This document shows positions 8,545 through 17,525 of a stretch of DNA of 64,000 bases, one piece after another. Origin of the DNA: Deltaproteobacteria bacterium (lineage in GTDB: Bacteria; Myxococcota; Kuafuiibacteriia; Kuafuiibacteriales; Kuafuiibacteriaceae); NCBI GenBank assembly GCA_040218735.1, contig JAVJQW010000011.1:32001-96000 (forward strand), read 5' to 3'. Under the pieces are notes generated by a model. The model had not been told where the DNA came from. It did no database searches and was given only the letters and a program-made list of their open reading frames with translations. The position numbers and the translations under genes were made by a program. Numbering within the stretch: position 1 is the stretch's first letter; each line of letters opens with the position of its first letter.

Positions 8545-11043
8545 TCACTCCTGCGGCGGCGCCGCGTCATTCTCGACGACGTTCACCGGTACGCCTTCGC
8601 CGACATCCGGGGCCGACGCATCCTTCTTGATCGTGCGCGACTTGCCTTCGAGCGCGTCGCGAATCCCTGCGCTGTCGATCTGCTTGAGGACCTCCGCGAT
8701 GAGGTCCTTCGGCACGTGCGAGCGCACGAGCCGCAGCACCTCGCGGTCCCCCTTGTCGGCGGCGGCGCGAACCAGGCCGACCATCGCTTTCTCGGTCATC
8801 AGGTTCGGCACGGCGAGCCTCAGCGCCGCCTCCAACCGAACCATCGCCTGGTGCTGCCCCGCGTCCATGTCCTTGACGTCCGTCCCGACGGTGTCGTCCG
8901 CCATCTGGACGATCGCGTCGCGCGCCAGCTTCGTCGTCTCGACAGAACCCGCGAACGCGAGCGCGATGGACGACGGGTCCTGCTTCAGGTCGACCATGTT
9001 CCCGAGCTCTTCGCGGTTCGCGAACTTCCCGAGATCACCGATCGCGCGCGCGAGGCTCACGTGCCCCTGCGGCTGCCGAAGCACCAGCTCCGCGACGCGC
9101 CGCACGCTCCCCGAGAGCAGCTCGACATTCGATACGGTCTTCAGCGCTGCGAGCGCGTCGGCCGCGCCGTTGACCGAGACGTTCGCGCCGCCCCACTGCA
9201 CGTTCTGCGGTCCGTTGGCCTGCGGGACCTCCTCGACCAGCTTGTCGAGGAGCTCGTTGGCCTTGTTCATCGAGCCGATGTCGTCACCGTGCCGCGCGAG
9301 CACGCCGACGAGCCCGGCGACGAACGGCGACAACCTGAAGCCCGCCCCTTCGACCGCGGTCTGGACCTTCGACACGAGGTCCTCGGTCTGCTCGGGCGAA
9401 AGCGGCGCGTCCGCGTTCGTCAGCGCGTTGAGGATGCGCTGCGCGGCCGGGAGCTGCATCGGTTTGTTGGGATCCAGCGCGACCTCGATGCCGCGGAGGT
9501 AGCTCTGGCCGATCCACTCCTCGGTCGGCTTCTTGCCGAGCTTGCCCCCCTCGGCGAGCGCTTCGAGGCCCGCGTCCGTCGCCGCGGCGAACATCCGCGC
9601 CTGGCGCGCCGGGTTCTGACCGTCGTCGATCTCGTCCCACAGCTCGTCGAAGAACAGCTCGTACGCCTTGTCGAACTGACCGTGCTCCAGGAAGCCGGTG
9701 ACGGCCGCCTCGAGCGCGTTGAGCTTCGTCGTCGCGTTCGTGATGAACTCACGAATCATCTCGACGGCCTTGTCCGCCACGGCGGGATCCCGCGTGAGCT
9801 GACCGACGAGCGACTGCATCGGCCCGTCCTGGTCCATCGCGGCCGCCTGCAGCATGAGCGCCTGGCCCATCTCACACGCGGCGCGGTGCCCCTCCTTCGC
9901 GTCCTTGCTCTCGAGGTCGGGGTAGACCGTCCCGATCAGCTTCACGAAGCGCGCGACGTTCTGGTTGAACGCCGTCACCTCGGTCTTGTGCGCCTTGTAG
10001 GGCGTGCCGTCCTCCTGCGCCTTCGCCTCCGTCAGGACGCCGAGCGCCTCGGGCATGCGCGCGAACAGCTCCGCGTCCTTCTGCGACACCTCTAGCGCCG
10101 AGCCGAAGGCGGCGATCGCCGGAGCGTCGAGCGGCGCCGTCCGCTTCGTCGCCCCCTCGATCATGTTGTCGAGGTGCGCCGCGATACGGCCGCGCGCGGC
10201 CTTGACGTCCGTCGCCTTGCTCGACCCGAGGAAGATCGCGTCGACCTCGATCTGCTTGGCGCGACCGGTCTCGCCGTCGATCTCCTTCGCGAGGCGAGTC
10301 GCCTCGCGGTTGTACTCCATGACCTCGGACTTGGTGGAGCCGAGGTCCGTGAGCTTCGTCAGCGCTTCTTTCAGGACGTTGAGCGCCGCCTCGCGGTTCT
10401 CCGGCGTGCGGTTCTCCGCGACCTGCACCGACTGCACCGCCGCCTTCGCCATGCGCACCAGGAACTCACTCTGCGCCTCGGGCGCGAGGCCGGGCGTCGC
10501 CGCCATCTGGCGGAGCGTCCCGATCAGCTGCATCGGCTCGTCGAGGTACGCCTGGATGTCGGTGTTGCGCTCGATGATCTCGAGGCCCAGCCGCGTCATG
10601 TCGACCTCGGCCGAGTCACGCAGCTCACGCATCTCGCCGAGGTGTTTGTCGAACTCGTCGAGGAAGTCGACGACGAGGGTCCGCTGCAGCACCACGTCCG
10701 CGTCGGCCTTCTTCTGCGCCGACGCCTTCGCGCTGCCCGACGCGATCATCGCGAGGTAGCCCTTGAACGCCATCAACAGCAGCGGGTCCTGCAGGACCTT
10801 CTCCTGGAACGCGACGTCGAGCCGGTCGGCGCCGACGATCGCCTCCTTCGCCTCGCGCAGCTTCTCTTGGAACTGCTCGGTGGTGATGCGCTTCGAGAAC
10901 ACCCCCGAGTCGTTGCCGAACAAACGCGTCGCCGCCTTGTCGACGACCGCGGTGAGGTCCGAGAGGCCCACGCGCTGGGTCGACGCCGCCTCGGACGTGA
11001 CGTTGGCGCCGGGTGAGAACCGGTTTCCGTTCTGAATCTTCAT
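8545..11043 (-). CDS. Large alpha-helical hypothetical protein (832 aa)
   Basis: Long ORF with strong GC3 bias, purine-rich RBS (GGGAGAG) and A/E/L/K-rich helical composition. No recognised motif. Confidence 0.8.
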   Translation of the reverse strand: MKIQNGNRFSPGANVTSEAASTQRVGLSDLTAVVDKAATRLFGNDSGVFSKRITTEQFQEKLREAKEAIVGADRLDVAFQEKVLQDPLLLMAFKGYLAMIASGSAKASAQKKADADVVLQRTLVVDFLDEFDKHLGEMRELRDSAEVDMTRLGLEIIERNTDIQAYLDEPMQLIGTLRQMAATPGLAPEAQSEFLVRMAKAAVQSVQVAENRTPENREAALNVLKEALTKLTDLGSTKSEVMEYNREATRLAKEIDGETGRAKQIEVDAIFLGSSKATDVKAARGRIAAHLDNMIEGATKRTAPLDAPAIAAFGSALEVSQKDAELFARMPEALGVLTEAKAQEDGTPYKAHKTEVTAFNQNVARFVKLIGTVYPDLESKDAKEGHRAACEMGQALMLQAAAMDQDGPMQSLVGQLTRDPAVADKAVEMIREFITNATTKLNALEAAVTGFLEHGQFDKAYELFFDELWDEIDDGQNPARQARMFAAATDAGLEALAEGGKLGKKPTEEWIGQSYLRGIEVALDPNKPMQLPAAQRILNALTNADAPLSPEQTEDLVSKVQTAVEGAGFRLSPFVAGLVGVLARHGDDIGSMNKANELLDKLVEEVPQANGPQNVQWGGANVSVNGAADALAALKTVSNVELLSGSVRRVAELVLRQPQGHVSLARAIGDLGKFANREELGNMVDLKQDPSSIALAFAGSVETTKLARDAIVQMADDTVGTDVKDMDAGQHQAMVRLEAALRLAVPNLMTEKAMVGLVRAAADKGDREVLRLVRSHVPKDLIAEVLKQIDSAGIRDALEGKSRTIKKDASAPDVGEGVPVNVVENDAAPPQE

Positions 11044-11070
11044 GACTGTTCGCTCTCCCTGACCTCGGCG

Positions 11071-13308
11071 TCAGACCGAATCCATGGCCGACGGGTTCAC
11101 CCCCGCGCGCCGCGCCGGACGCTCCGCCGAGGGCGCCTCGCCCTGCTGCGCCGCCGGTGCCACCGGTGCCTCGCCCGTGCTCGGGTCGAGGATCGCCTTC
11201 CCGCTCGCCGACTCGTACGCCGACGCCTGCGCCAGGATGACCTGCGCTCGGAACGGGTCCTTCTGGTAATCCGTGCGGTACCCCTCGAGGCCCTTCTCGA
11301 TGTCCTTCAGCGAGATGACCTCGTCCTGGTCCGGACGATCCACCAGCGCGACTTCGCGGGCCGCGTTGATCGCGTGGTAGACCTCGCGACCCGAGATCGT
11401 CGGGAACGCCTCCACCAGCTTCTTGATCTGCGCCGGCTTGAGATCGTGCCCGTCCGTGAGCGCGTCGAGGTTCGACTTCCAGATGTCGGCGAGCCCCTCG
11501 GCGTCCTGGTAACCGACGAAGTACTTCGCCGGCGAACGGCTGACGAACGCGCTCGACAGCTTCTGCGGCTCGTTGCACGTGCCGAGCAGGAGGATGTCGC
11601 TCTTGTGCTCCTCGATCCACGTGAGGAGCAGGCCGTGCACGCGGTCGGTCACGCCGCCGTCGTGCGCGCTCGTGCCCTCCGCCGAACCGCCGAGCGCCTT
11701 CTCGATCTCGTCGAGCCACACCACGCAGGGCGCGAGCGACTCGAGCAGCTCGAACATCCGCGCGAAGTTCGACTCCGACTCTCCGACGAACTTGTTGAAG
11801 AGCTTCGCGAGGTCGACCTTCACGAGCGGCATGTCGAGCTTCGACGCCGCGCTCTTCGCGACGAGTGACTTACCCATGCCGGGCACACCGGCGAGGAGCA
11901 TCATCTTCGCGGCCTGCAGCGGCTTCTTGCGGGTCTGACCGGCCTTGAAGACCGCGCGCAGGCGGTCGAGCTTGTTCATCACCGCGCCGAGGCCCATCGG
12001 CTCCGGCATGTTCGGGTCGTGGCGGACGAGCTCGATGTTGAAGTTCTTCTTCAACATGTCGAAGCGACGCCGCGAGATGAACTCGAAGTCGATGCGCCGG
12101 TCCGAGCTCCCCGACGCGCGGCTCACGGCCTCACCCATGAGGTCCTTCGCCTGGTGCGTCGTGAAGCCGATCAGCTGCTGCGAGAGATCCGGGAGCGTCT
12201 TGCCCTCGGGCAGGAACTCCTTGAACTGGTCGAGCGTGATCCCGTCCGCGATCGCGTTCCGGATCATGCCTTCCTTGAGGTCGTCGCCGACGACCTCAAG
12301 CCAGGCGCCGATCTCCTTGTCGGTGACGTCCTCGGGCGCCTTCTCCTCGCCCGCCGCGCGACCCCACAGGTAGCCGGTGACGGAGCCGAACACGAGCCCG
12401 GCCATCATCCGCTTGGTGGGCATCGGCATCGAGTAACCCGAGCCGAGCTCCGCGGCGGTCGTCGGCATCATCGACGGACCGTCGTTGAAGATGATGTGTT
12501 TCGTCGTCGACGTGGTGTCCATGCGACCGCGCATGTCGACGAGCTGCTGGTAGATGCGCCCGTTGCCGACGGCGCCGTCGAGGTCCGCGCGCAGGTGCGG
12601 CCCCATACCGTTGAGCGTGAAGATGATGCGACCGCGTTTGTCCTGGTTGCCGGCCTGGACCCGGTCCACGGCCTGGAGCGTCTCGTTGGGGCTGAGCAGA
12701 TCGTTGATCGCGTCGGTGCCGTCGCTGCCGTACAGGAGGCGCTGCAGCCCCTTGTTGTTGTACGTGCTGCGCTCGGTCTCGTCCGTGAGGTCCTTGTACG
12801 GGACGACCGTACCGTTGTCGTCCGAGTACGCGACCGGCGTGCCGTCCTGCGGGTACAGCTCGAGCCACCCGCCCGCCGAGGACCAGGTGATGAGGCGGAC
12901 CGGCCCCGCGTCGACGTCTTCACGCGCGAACGTCCCGGCGACCTTGACCGAGGCCGCGAGCACGCGGTCGGGCTGCGTGCCTTCGCTGAAGATGTACGGC
13001 TGGCCGCCGTGCACGTGGTAGTAAAGCTCGGCCGACGGGTTCTCCGCCGCGGACTTGCTGCACACCGCGCCGATGGAAGCGAGGCGCCCCTCGAAAGCGT
13101 CGAGCGTCTTCTGCATCGCCGCCGCGATCGCGCCCAGCGCACCGCCCTGCTTGCGGGTGGGGTTGAACCGGCCGCCCTGCGGATCCGGTAGACCGCTCGC
13201 GGCCTGGAAGCCGAGTTGCTCGGCGCCGCGCTGTTGGGTCTCGGCGACCGGCGTGGCTTCGTTCGCCCCGCCGGCATTCGTCTTCAGGCCGTCGTTCTTC
13301 AGCTTCAT
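11071..13308 (-). CDS. AAA+ ATPase, Ycf46-like
   Basis: Walker A GVPGMGKS, FVGESE pore loop, APCVVWLDEIEKAL (Walker B), DGGVTDRV..LLTW, GTCN. N-terminal half appears to be a degenerate P-loop domain. Confidence 0.85.
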   Translation of the reverse strand: MKLKNDGLKTNAGGANEATPVAETQQRGAEQLGFQAASGLPDPQGGRFNPTRKQGGALGAIAAAMQKTLDAFEGRLASIGAVCSKSAAENPSAELYYHVHGGQPYIFSEGTQPDRVLAASVKVAGTFAREDVDAGPVRLITWSSAGGWLELYPQDGTPVAYSDDNGTVVPYKDLTDETERSTYNNKGLQRLLYGSDGTDAINDLLSPNETLQAVDRVQAGNQDKRGRIIFTLNGMGPHLRADLDGAVGNGRIYQQLVDMRGRMDTTSTTKHIIFNDGPSMMPTTAAELGSGYSMPMPTKRMMAGLVFGSVTGYLWGRAAGEEKAPEDVTDKEIGAWLEVVGDDLKEGMIRNAIADGITLDQFKEFLPEGKTLPDLSQQLIGFTTHQAKDLMGEAVSRASGSSDRRIDFEFISRRRFDMLKKNFNIELVRHDPNMPEPMGLGAVMNKLDRLRAVFKAGQTRKKPLQAAKMMLLAGVPGMGKSLVAKSAASKLDMPLVKVDLAKLFNKFVGESESNFARMFELLESLAPCVVWLDEIEKALGGSAEGTSAHDGGVTDRVHGLLLTWIEEHKSDILLLGTCNEPQKLSSAFVSRSPAKYFVGYQDAEGLADIWKSNLDALTDGHDLKPAQIKKLVEAFPTISGREVYHAINAAREVALVDRPDQDEVISLKDIEKGLEGYRTDYQKDPFRAQVILAQASAYESASGKAILDPSTGEAPVAPAAQQGEAPSAERPARRAGVNPSAMDSV

Positions 13309-13387
13309 CTGGGTATGGTCCTACGCATCAGGGTGTGGTGTTCGTCCACGATGTGACCACCGGTTCGGCACCGGGGCCATCCGTCGT

Positions 13388-13393
13388 ATTATA
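13388..13393 (-). promoter_or_regulatory. Putative sigma70 -10 box (TATAAT) for the AAA operon
   Basis: Perfect TATAAT on the minus strand in an AT-richer intergenic region, about 80 bp upstream of the ATG. No canonical -35. Confidence 0.5.
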
Positions 13394-13455
13394 CGTGCGT
13401 CTCTTACATTCCTACCATGGAGAAATGCTGAGTCACTAGCGATCCCGGAGGTCGG

Positions 13456-14814
13456 TCAACGATCCGAGGCGTGACCTTTGGGGGTGACCGGGAGCACGAT
13501 CGTGAACCGCGCGCCGCCCTCCGGGCGATCGTCGACGCCCACCCAACCGCCGTGGGCCGTGACGATGCGATCCACGAGGGCCAACCCCAGTCCGAGGGAG
13601 CCCCGCTCGCTCGCGCCCTTCTGCAGCGGGGCGAAGATCCGGTCGCGGTCCTCGCCCGGCACGCCCGGCCCGGCGTCCTCGACGGAGAAGGCCACGCCGT
13701 CGTCCGCCTCCGCGACCCGCACTGCCGTCACCCCGCCCCCGTGACGCTCCGCGTTGTCGAGGAGGTTGGCGAGCGCGCGTGCGAGGAGCGTCGCGTCCGC
13801 TACGAGATGGGGGTCCCCCTGAACCTCGAGCAGCGTGGACGCGAGGGCCCGTCGTTCGAGCGCGGCGGCGGCGACGTCCTTCGCGACGAGGCGCTGCGGG
13901 TTCACCACGCCGAAGTCGAGCTTGCTGCTCGCGAGCAGCTCGCCGACCAAGCGATCGATCTCCGCGATCTCCGACTCCATCCCGTCGAGCGACTTCGCGA
14001 GCTTCTCGGGCGCGGCCTGCCGCTGCCGCACCAACTCGATCAACACCCGCAGGTGGCCGAGCGGCGTCCGCAGCTCGTGGGACACCGCCGCGAGGAGCTC
14101 GCGTTGATCCTCGAGCTGTTTTTCGAGGCGCTCCGCCATGTCGTCGATCGCGTCCGCGAGCACCGCGACTTCTTCGGTGCGGTGCCGCGACAGGTGCGTG
14201 CGTCGCGACAGATCGCCCTGCCCGATCCCCTCCGCGACCGACGCGACGTGGGAGAGCGAGCGCGTGATCCGGCGCGCGATCATCAGCGACGCCATCCAAA
14301 GCACGAACCCGACGAGCACCAGCACGAAGAACACCTTGAAGAGCCCGCCGGGGGGGTGGAGGTTTTGGCGACACAGCGCGAGGTGCCCGAACACCACGCC
14401 GTCCTTCGCGAGCGGGACGTCCATGCGGTGCGGGATGAAACACTCCGACGGACCGACCTCGGAGAGGAGGCGGCGGTCCCCGTCGAGCACCTGGATCGAC
14501 AGGTCGAAGTCATCTGCAAGTTGTCTTGCGTACGCGTCCCGCGCGGCCGGATCGGCCCAGGCGTCGGAGAAGTTCCGCGACAGGTGCGTCGACAGGCGAT
14601 CGATGTCGCGGCTCCACTCGGACCCGAACACCCGCCCGAGCCCCCACACCGCGAGCGTCGCCATCACCACCGTGAAGAGGATCGACGCGCCGAACCAGTG
14701 AAAGATCCGTCGCGCGAGAGGACGCGCCGACCGCATCCGCCGGTGACGCGCCCACGGCGGCCCGTGGCCGTGGTGCCACCCACGCCGGTGGTGGTGGTGC
14801 GGCGAGCACTTCAT
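13456..14814 (-). CDS. HAMP-domain sensor histidine kinase
   Basis: Two TM segments, HAMP, SHELRTPL H-box, NLLDNA, EDAGPG, GLGLGL. Confidence 0.93.
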   Translation of the reverse strand: MKCSPHHHHRRGWHHGHGPPWARHRRMRSARPLARRIFHWFGASILFTVVMATLAVWGLGRVFGSEWSRDIDRLSTHLSRNFSDAWADPAARDAYARQLADDFDLSIQVLDGDRRLLSEVGPSECFIPHRMDVPLAKDGVVFGHLALCRQNLHPPGGLFKVFFVLVLVGFVLWMASLMIARRITRSLSHVASVAEGIGQGDLSRRTHLSRHRTEEVAVLADAIDDMAERLEKQLEDQRELLAAVSHELRTPLGHLRVLIELVRQRQAAPEKLAKSLDGMESEIAEIDRLVGELLASSKLDFGVVNPQRLVAKDVAAAALERRALASTLLEVQGDPHLVADATLLARALANLLDNAERHGGGVTAVRVAEADDGVAFSVEDAGPGVPGEDRDRIFAPLQKGASERGSLGLGLALVDRIVTAHGGWVGVDDRPEGGARFTIVLPVTPKGHASDR

Positions 14815-15485
14815 ACGCCGTCCTTGACCAGCAGGTAGCCGACGCCGCGCACCGTCTTGATGCGTTTGGCCGCGCCGAGCTTCGAGCGCAGATGTGAGAT
14901 GTGCACGTCGACCGTGCGCTCGCCGACGACGACGTCGTTGCGCCCGGCTTCCTCGAGCAGCGCGTCGCGCGGGATGACGCGCCCGGCGCGCCGCGCGAGG
15001 GCGTGGAGGATGTCGAACTCGATACCGGTGAGATCGATCGCCGCGCCTTCGACGATCACCTCGCGTGCGTCGGGATCGATCGTGAGGCCGTTGATCTCGA
15101 TCGTCTGCGTAGTGAGCTCGCCGCCGGCGCGTCGCAGCACGGCGCGGATGCGCGCGAGGAGCTCGCGCGGGCCGAACGGCTTCGGGACGTAGTCGTCGGC
15201 GCCGAGCTCGAGCCCGACGACACGGTCCGTCTCGTCGCCCTTCGCGGTGAGCATGATGACCGGGATGGCGCTCTTCTCGCGGACGCGGCGGAGCACCTCA
15301 AGGCCGTCCATCCCCGGCATCATCATGTCGAGAAGGACGACGTCGTAGGCGCCCGCGGCCAGCGCGGCGAGGCCGCGTCCTCCGTCGGGCGCGTGCGACA
15401 CCTGACAGCCGTTGTCCCCGAGGTAGTCGTCGAGGAGCTCGTACAGTCGGTGGTCGTCGTCGACCAGGAGGACGCGGTGCGCCAT
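14811..15485 (-). CDS. OmpR/CpxR-family response regulator
   Basis: VLLVDDD, LLDMMMP, MLTAKG, GADDYVPKPF, RTVDVHISHLRSKL, TVRGVGY. Confidence 0.95.
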   Translation of the reverse strand: MAHRVLLVDDDHRLYELLDDYLGDNGCQVSHAPDGGRGLAALAAGAYDVVLLDMMMPGMDGLEVLRRVREKSAIPVIMLTAKGDETDRVVGLELGADDYVPKPFGPRELLARIRAVLRRAGGELTTQTIEINGLTIDPDAREVIVEGAAIDLTGIEFDILHALARRAGRVIPRDALLEEAGRNDVVVGERTVDVHISHLRSKLGAAKRIKTVRGVGYLLVKDGV

Positions 15486-15498
15486 CGTCGAGGTGAGC

Positions 15499-15972
15499 CT
15501 ACCAGCCGCCGTCGATCATGTCGGCGAGCTGTGCGCGCTGCCGCGGCTCGAGGACCTCGTGCACACGCTGCAGTGCGGTGAGGACCGCCATCCGGGCCTT
15601 CTCCAGCGCCTCGTCCTGTTCGGTCCAGGCCTGGCCGACAGCTTCGTGATCGAAGCTCTCCCCGCGCAGGATGTCACCGAGGTCGCGGCGCTGCTTCTTG
15701 CCGAGGCCCCGCGCCCCGCGGACGGCGTCTTCCACCTCGCGCGCGGCGTCGAGGATCACCTTCTCCTGTCCGTGCGTCGTGTCGAGGCGCGTGAAGAGCC
15801 AGTCCATCCAGTGGCGACGACGCCGCTCGAACCGCCGCCCGTGGCCATGGCCGTAGCCGTGATGATGACGGAACCGCCGGTGATGCCCACCGCAGCCCCC
15901 CAAGTGATGTCGATGTGATGCCACCTTGAACACGATCAGCGCCCCCAACAGTCCGAAGAAGAATCCACACAT
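15499..15972 (-). CDS. Spy/CpxP/ZraP-like accessory protein, His-rich
   Basis: AGGAG RBS; N-terminal hydrophobic segment; His/Gly-rich tract; LTxxQ-like motifs (LDTTHGQ, VLEPRQRAQL); upstream of the two-component pair. Confidence 0.7.
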   Translation of the reverse strand: MCGFFFGLLGALIVFKVASHRHHLGGCGGHHRRFRHHHGYGHGHGRRFERRRRHWMDWLFTRLDTTHGQEKVILDAAREVEDAVRGARGLGKKQRRDLGDILRGESFDHEAVGQAWTEQDEALEKARMAVLTALQRVHEVLEPRQRAQLADMIDGGW

Positions 15973-16099
15973 GGTCGAAATCTCGACTCCTTTCCTCGGG
16001 AGCCTAGAGACGGTCTTTGTGGGTTCGGTCGCGTGAACGTGAAGAAGTGTTGCGACGCGCTGGATGACTCGACGGCGTTGCTGCGTTAGCGAGGGGGCG

Positions 16100-16375
16100 A
16101 TGGGCCGCATGACGGAGAAGCAGAGCGGGCTGCACCGGCTACAGCCCGCGATCGGCACGCTGATCCTCGCGCTCGGGCTCACCGTGCTCGCGCTCGTCGT
16201 GCAGAAGGGCCTCGACAGCAAGTCACTCCCGACCGCGGGCATGAGCGGGATGATGACGATGGGCGGCCTCAGCCTGCTGTTCCGCGCGCGCATCTCCCGC
16301 GGGCGCGCCGGGCTGTGGGCGCTCGGCGGCGTCATCGTCGCGGCCGTCGCCGTGTCGCTCGCCACGATCCCCTGA
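16100..16375 (+). CDS. Small membrane protein (about 3 TM)
   Basis: Three hydrophobic stretches; GAGGGG upstream of the ATG. Confidence 0.65.
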   Translation: MGRMTEKQSGLHRLQPAIGTLILALGLTVLALVVQKGLDSKSLPTAGMSGMMTMGGLSLLFRARISRGRAGLWALGGVIVAAVAVSLATIP

Positions 16376-16415
16376 TTCGCGCGCAACGCGCGCGGCGATC
16401 TCACGATAACGAACC

Positions 16416-17525
16416 ATGAAGACGACAACTTCGAGTTGTCTGGGTTTCGTGTGTCCGGCGCTGCTGTGGTGCGCGTGTGTCTCCACCCCGACGCCGCCCG
16501 TCGCGCTCACCCAGGTCGACCTCGGCCTCACGTACCTCGCGCAGGGCCAGTGCGACCAGGCCTACGCGCGGCTGACCCACGCGCTGGAGTTCGATCCGGA
16601 TCTCGCGCACGCCCACAACGGGCTCGGGCTGATCGCGATGCAGTGCGACGGTGATCTCCTGCGCGCCGCGCAGCACTTCAAGGACGCGCTCGCGATCGAC
16701 GTCGACTTCGTCGCCGCGCGCACCAACCTCGGCGTGACGTTCCTGGAGCGCACCCCGCCCGAGCTCGACGCTGCGTGTGAGCTCTTCGAGAGCGCGCTGG
16801 AGATCGCCCCGTCCGCGATCGAGCCACGCGAGAACCTCGTGCGCTGCAAGCTCCGGCAGGCCATCACCGGCGACGACGACGCGCTCGAGACCGCCTACCG
16901 GCACGCGATGATCTTCGTGGAGATCGCCCCGAACGTCGCCGCCGCCCACGAGCTGCTCGGTGCGATTCGGCTGCGACGCGAAGAACCGGCGCTCGCCGCA
17001 CGGCGCCTCGCCCACTGCATCGACATCGACCCGCGGCGGGCGCGCTGCCACTACTACCTCGCGCACGCGCACCTCGCGCGCGAGCAGTGCGCCGACGCGA
17101 TGGCCTCGTTCGTCGCGGCGCTCACGAACGGCGACACGATCGAAGTCGAGGTTCGCCGCGACCTCGCCGCCGCTTCGTTCCGATGCGCGCTCGCCGACGA
17201 AGCGATGCGCCGCGCGCTCGACACGATCGCCAAGGCCCCCTCCGACCCGCAGTCGCACGTGAGCCTCGCGCGCATCTTCGAGGACAAGGGTTGGTACGCG
17301 CAGGCGGAGCACTCGTGGCAGACGGTGCTCCAGCTCGCGCCCGACTGGTGCCCGGCGCACTTCGCGCTGTTCCGCGCGGCCGACCGACGCCTCGACACGC
17401 GCGGGGTCATCGAGCACTGCGGCGCCTACGCACGGTGCGGCGAACGCGAAGCCGACGCCGAGCAAGTCTGCAACGAGCGGGTGCGCGGGCTGACGACCGA
17501 GCCGAATCGGTTCACTTCGAGGTGA
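16416..17525 (+). CDS. TPR-repeat (lipo)protein
   Basis: Signal/lipobox-like N-terminus; TPR motifs (AHNGLG, ARTNLG, AHELLG). Confidence 0.8.
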   Translation: MKTTTSSCLGFVCPALLWCACVSTPTPPVALTQVDLGLTYLAQGQCDQAYARLTHALEFDPDLAHAHNGLGLIAMQCDGDLLRAAQHFKDALAIDVDFVAARTNLGVTFLERTPPELDAACELFESALEIAPSAIEPRENLVRCKLRQAITGDDDALETAYRHAMIFVEIAPNVAAAHELLGAIRLRREEPALAARRLAHCIDIDPRRARCHYYLAHAHLAREQCADAMASFVAALTNGDTIEVEVRRDLAAASFRCALADEAMRRALDTIAKAPSDPQSHVSLARIFEDKGWYAQAEHSWQTVLQLAPDWCPAHFALFRAADRRLDTRGVIEHCGAYARCGEREADAEQVCNERVRGLTTEPNRFTSR

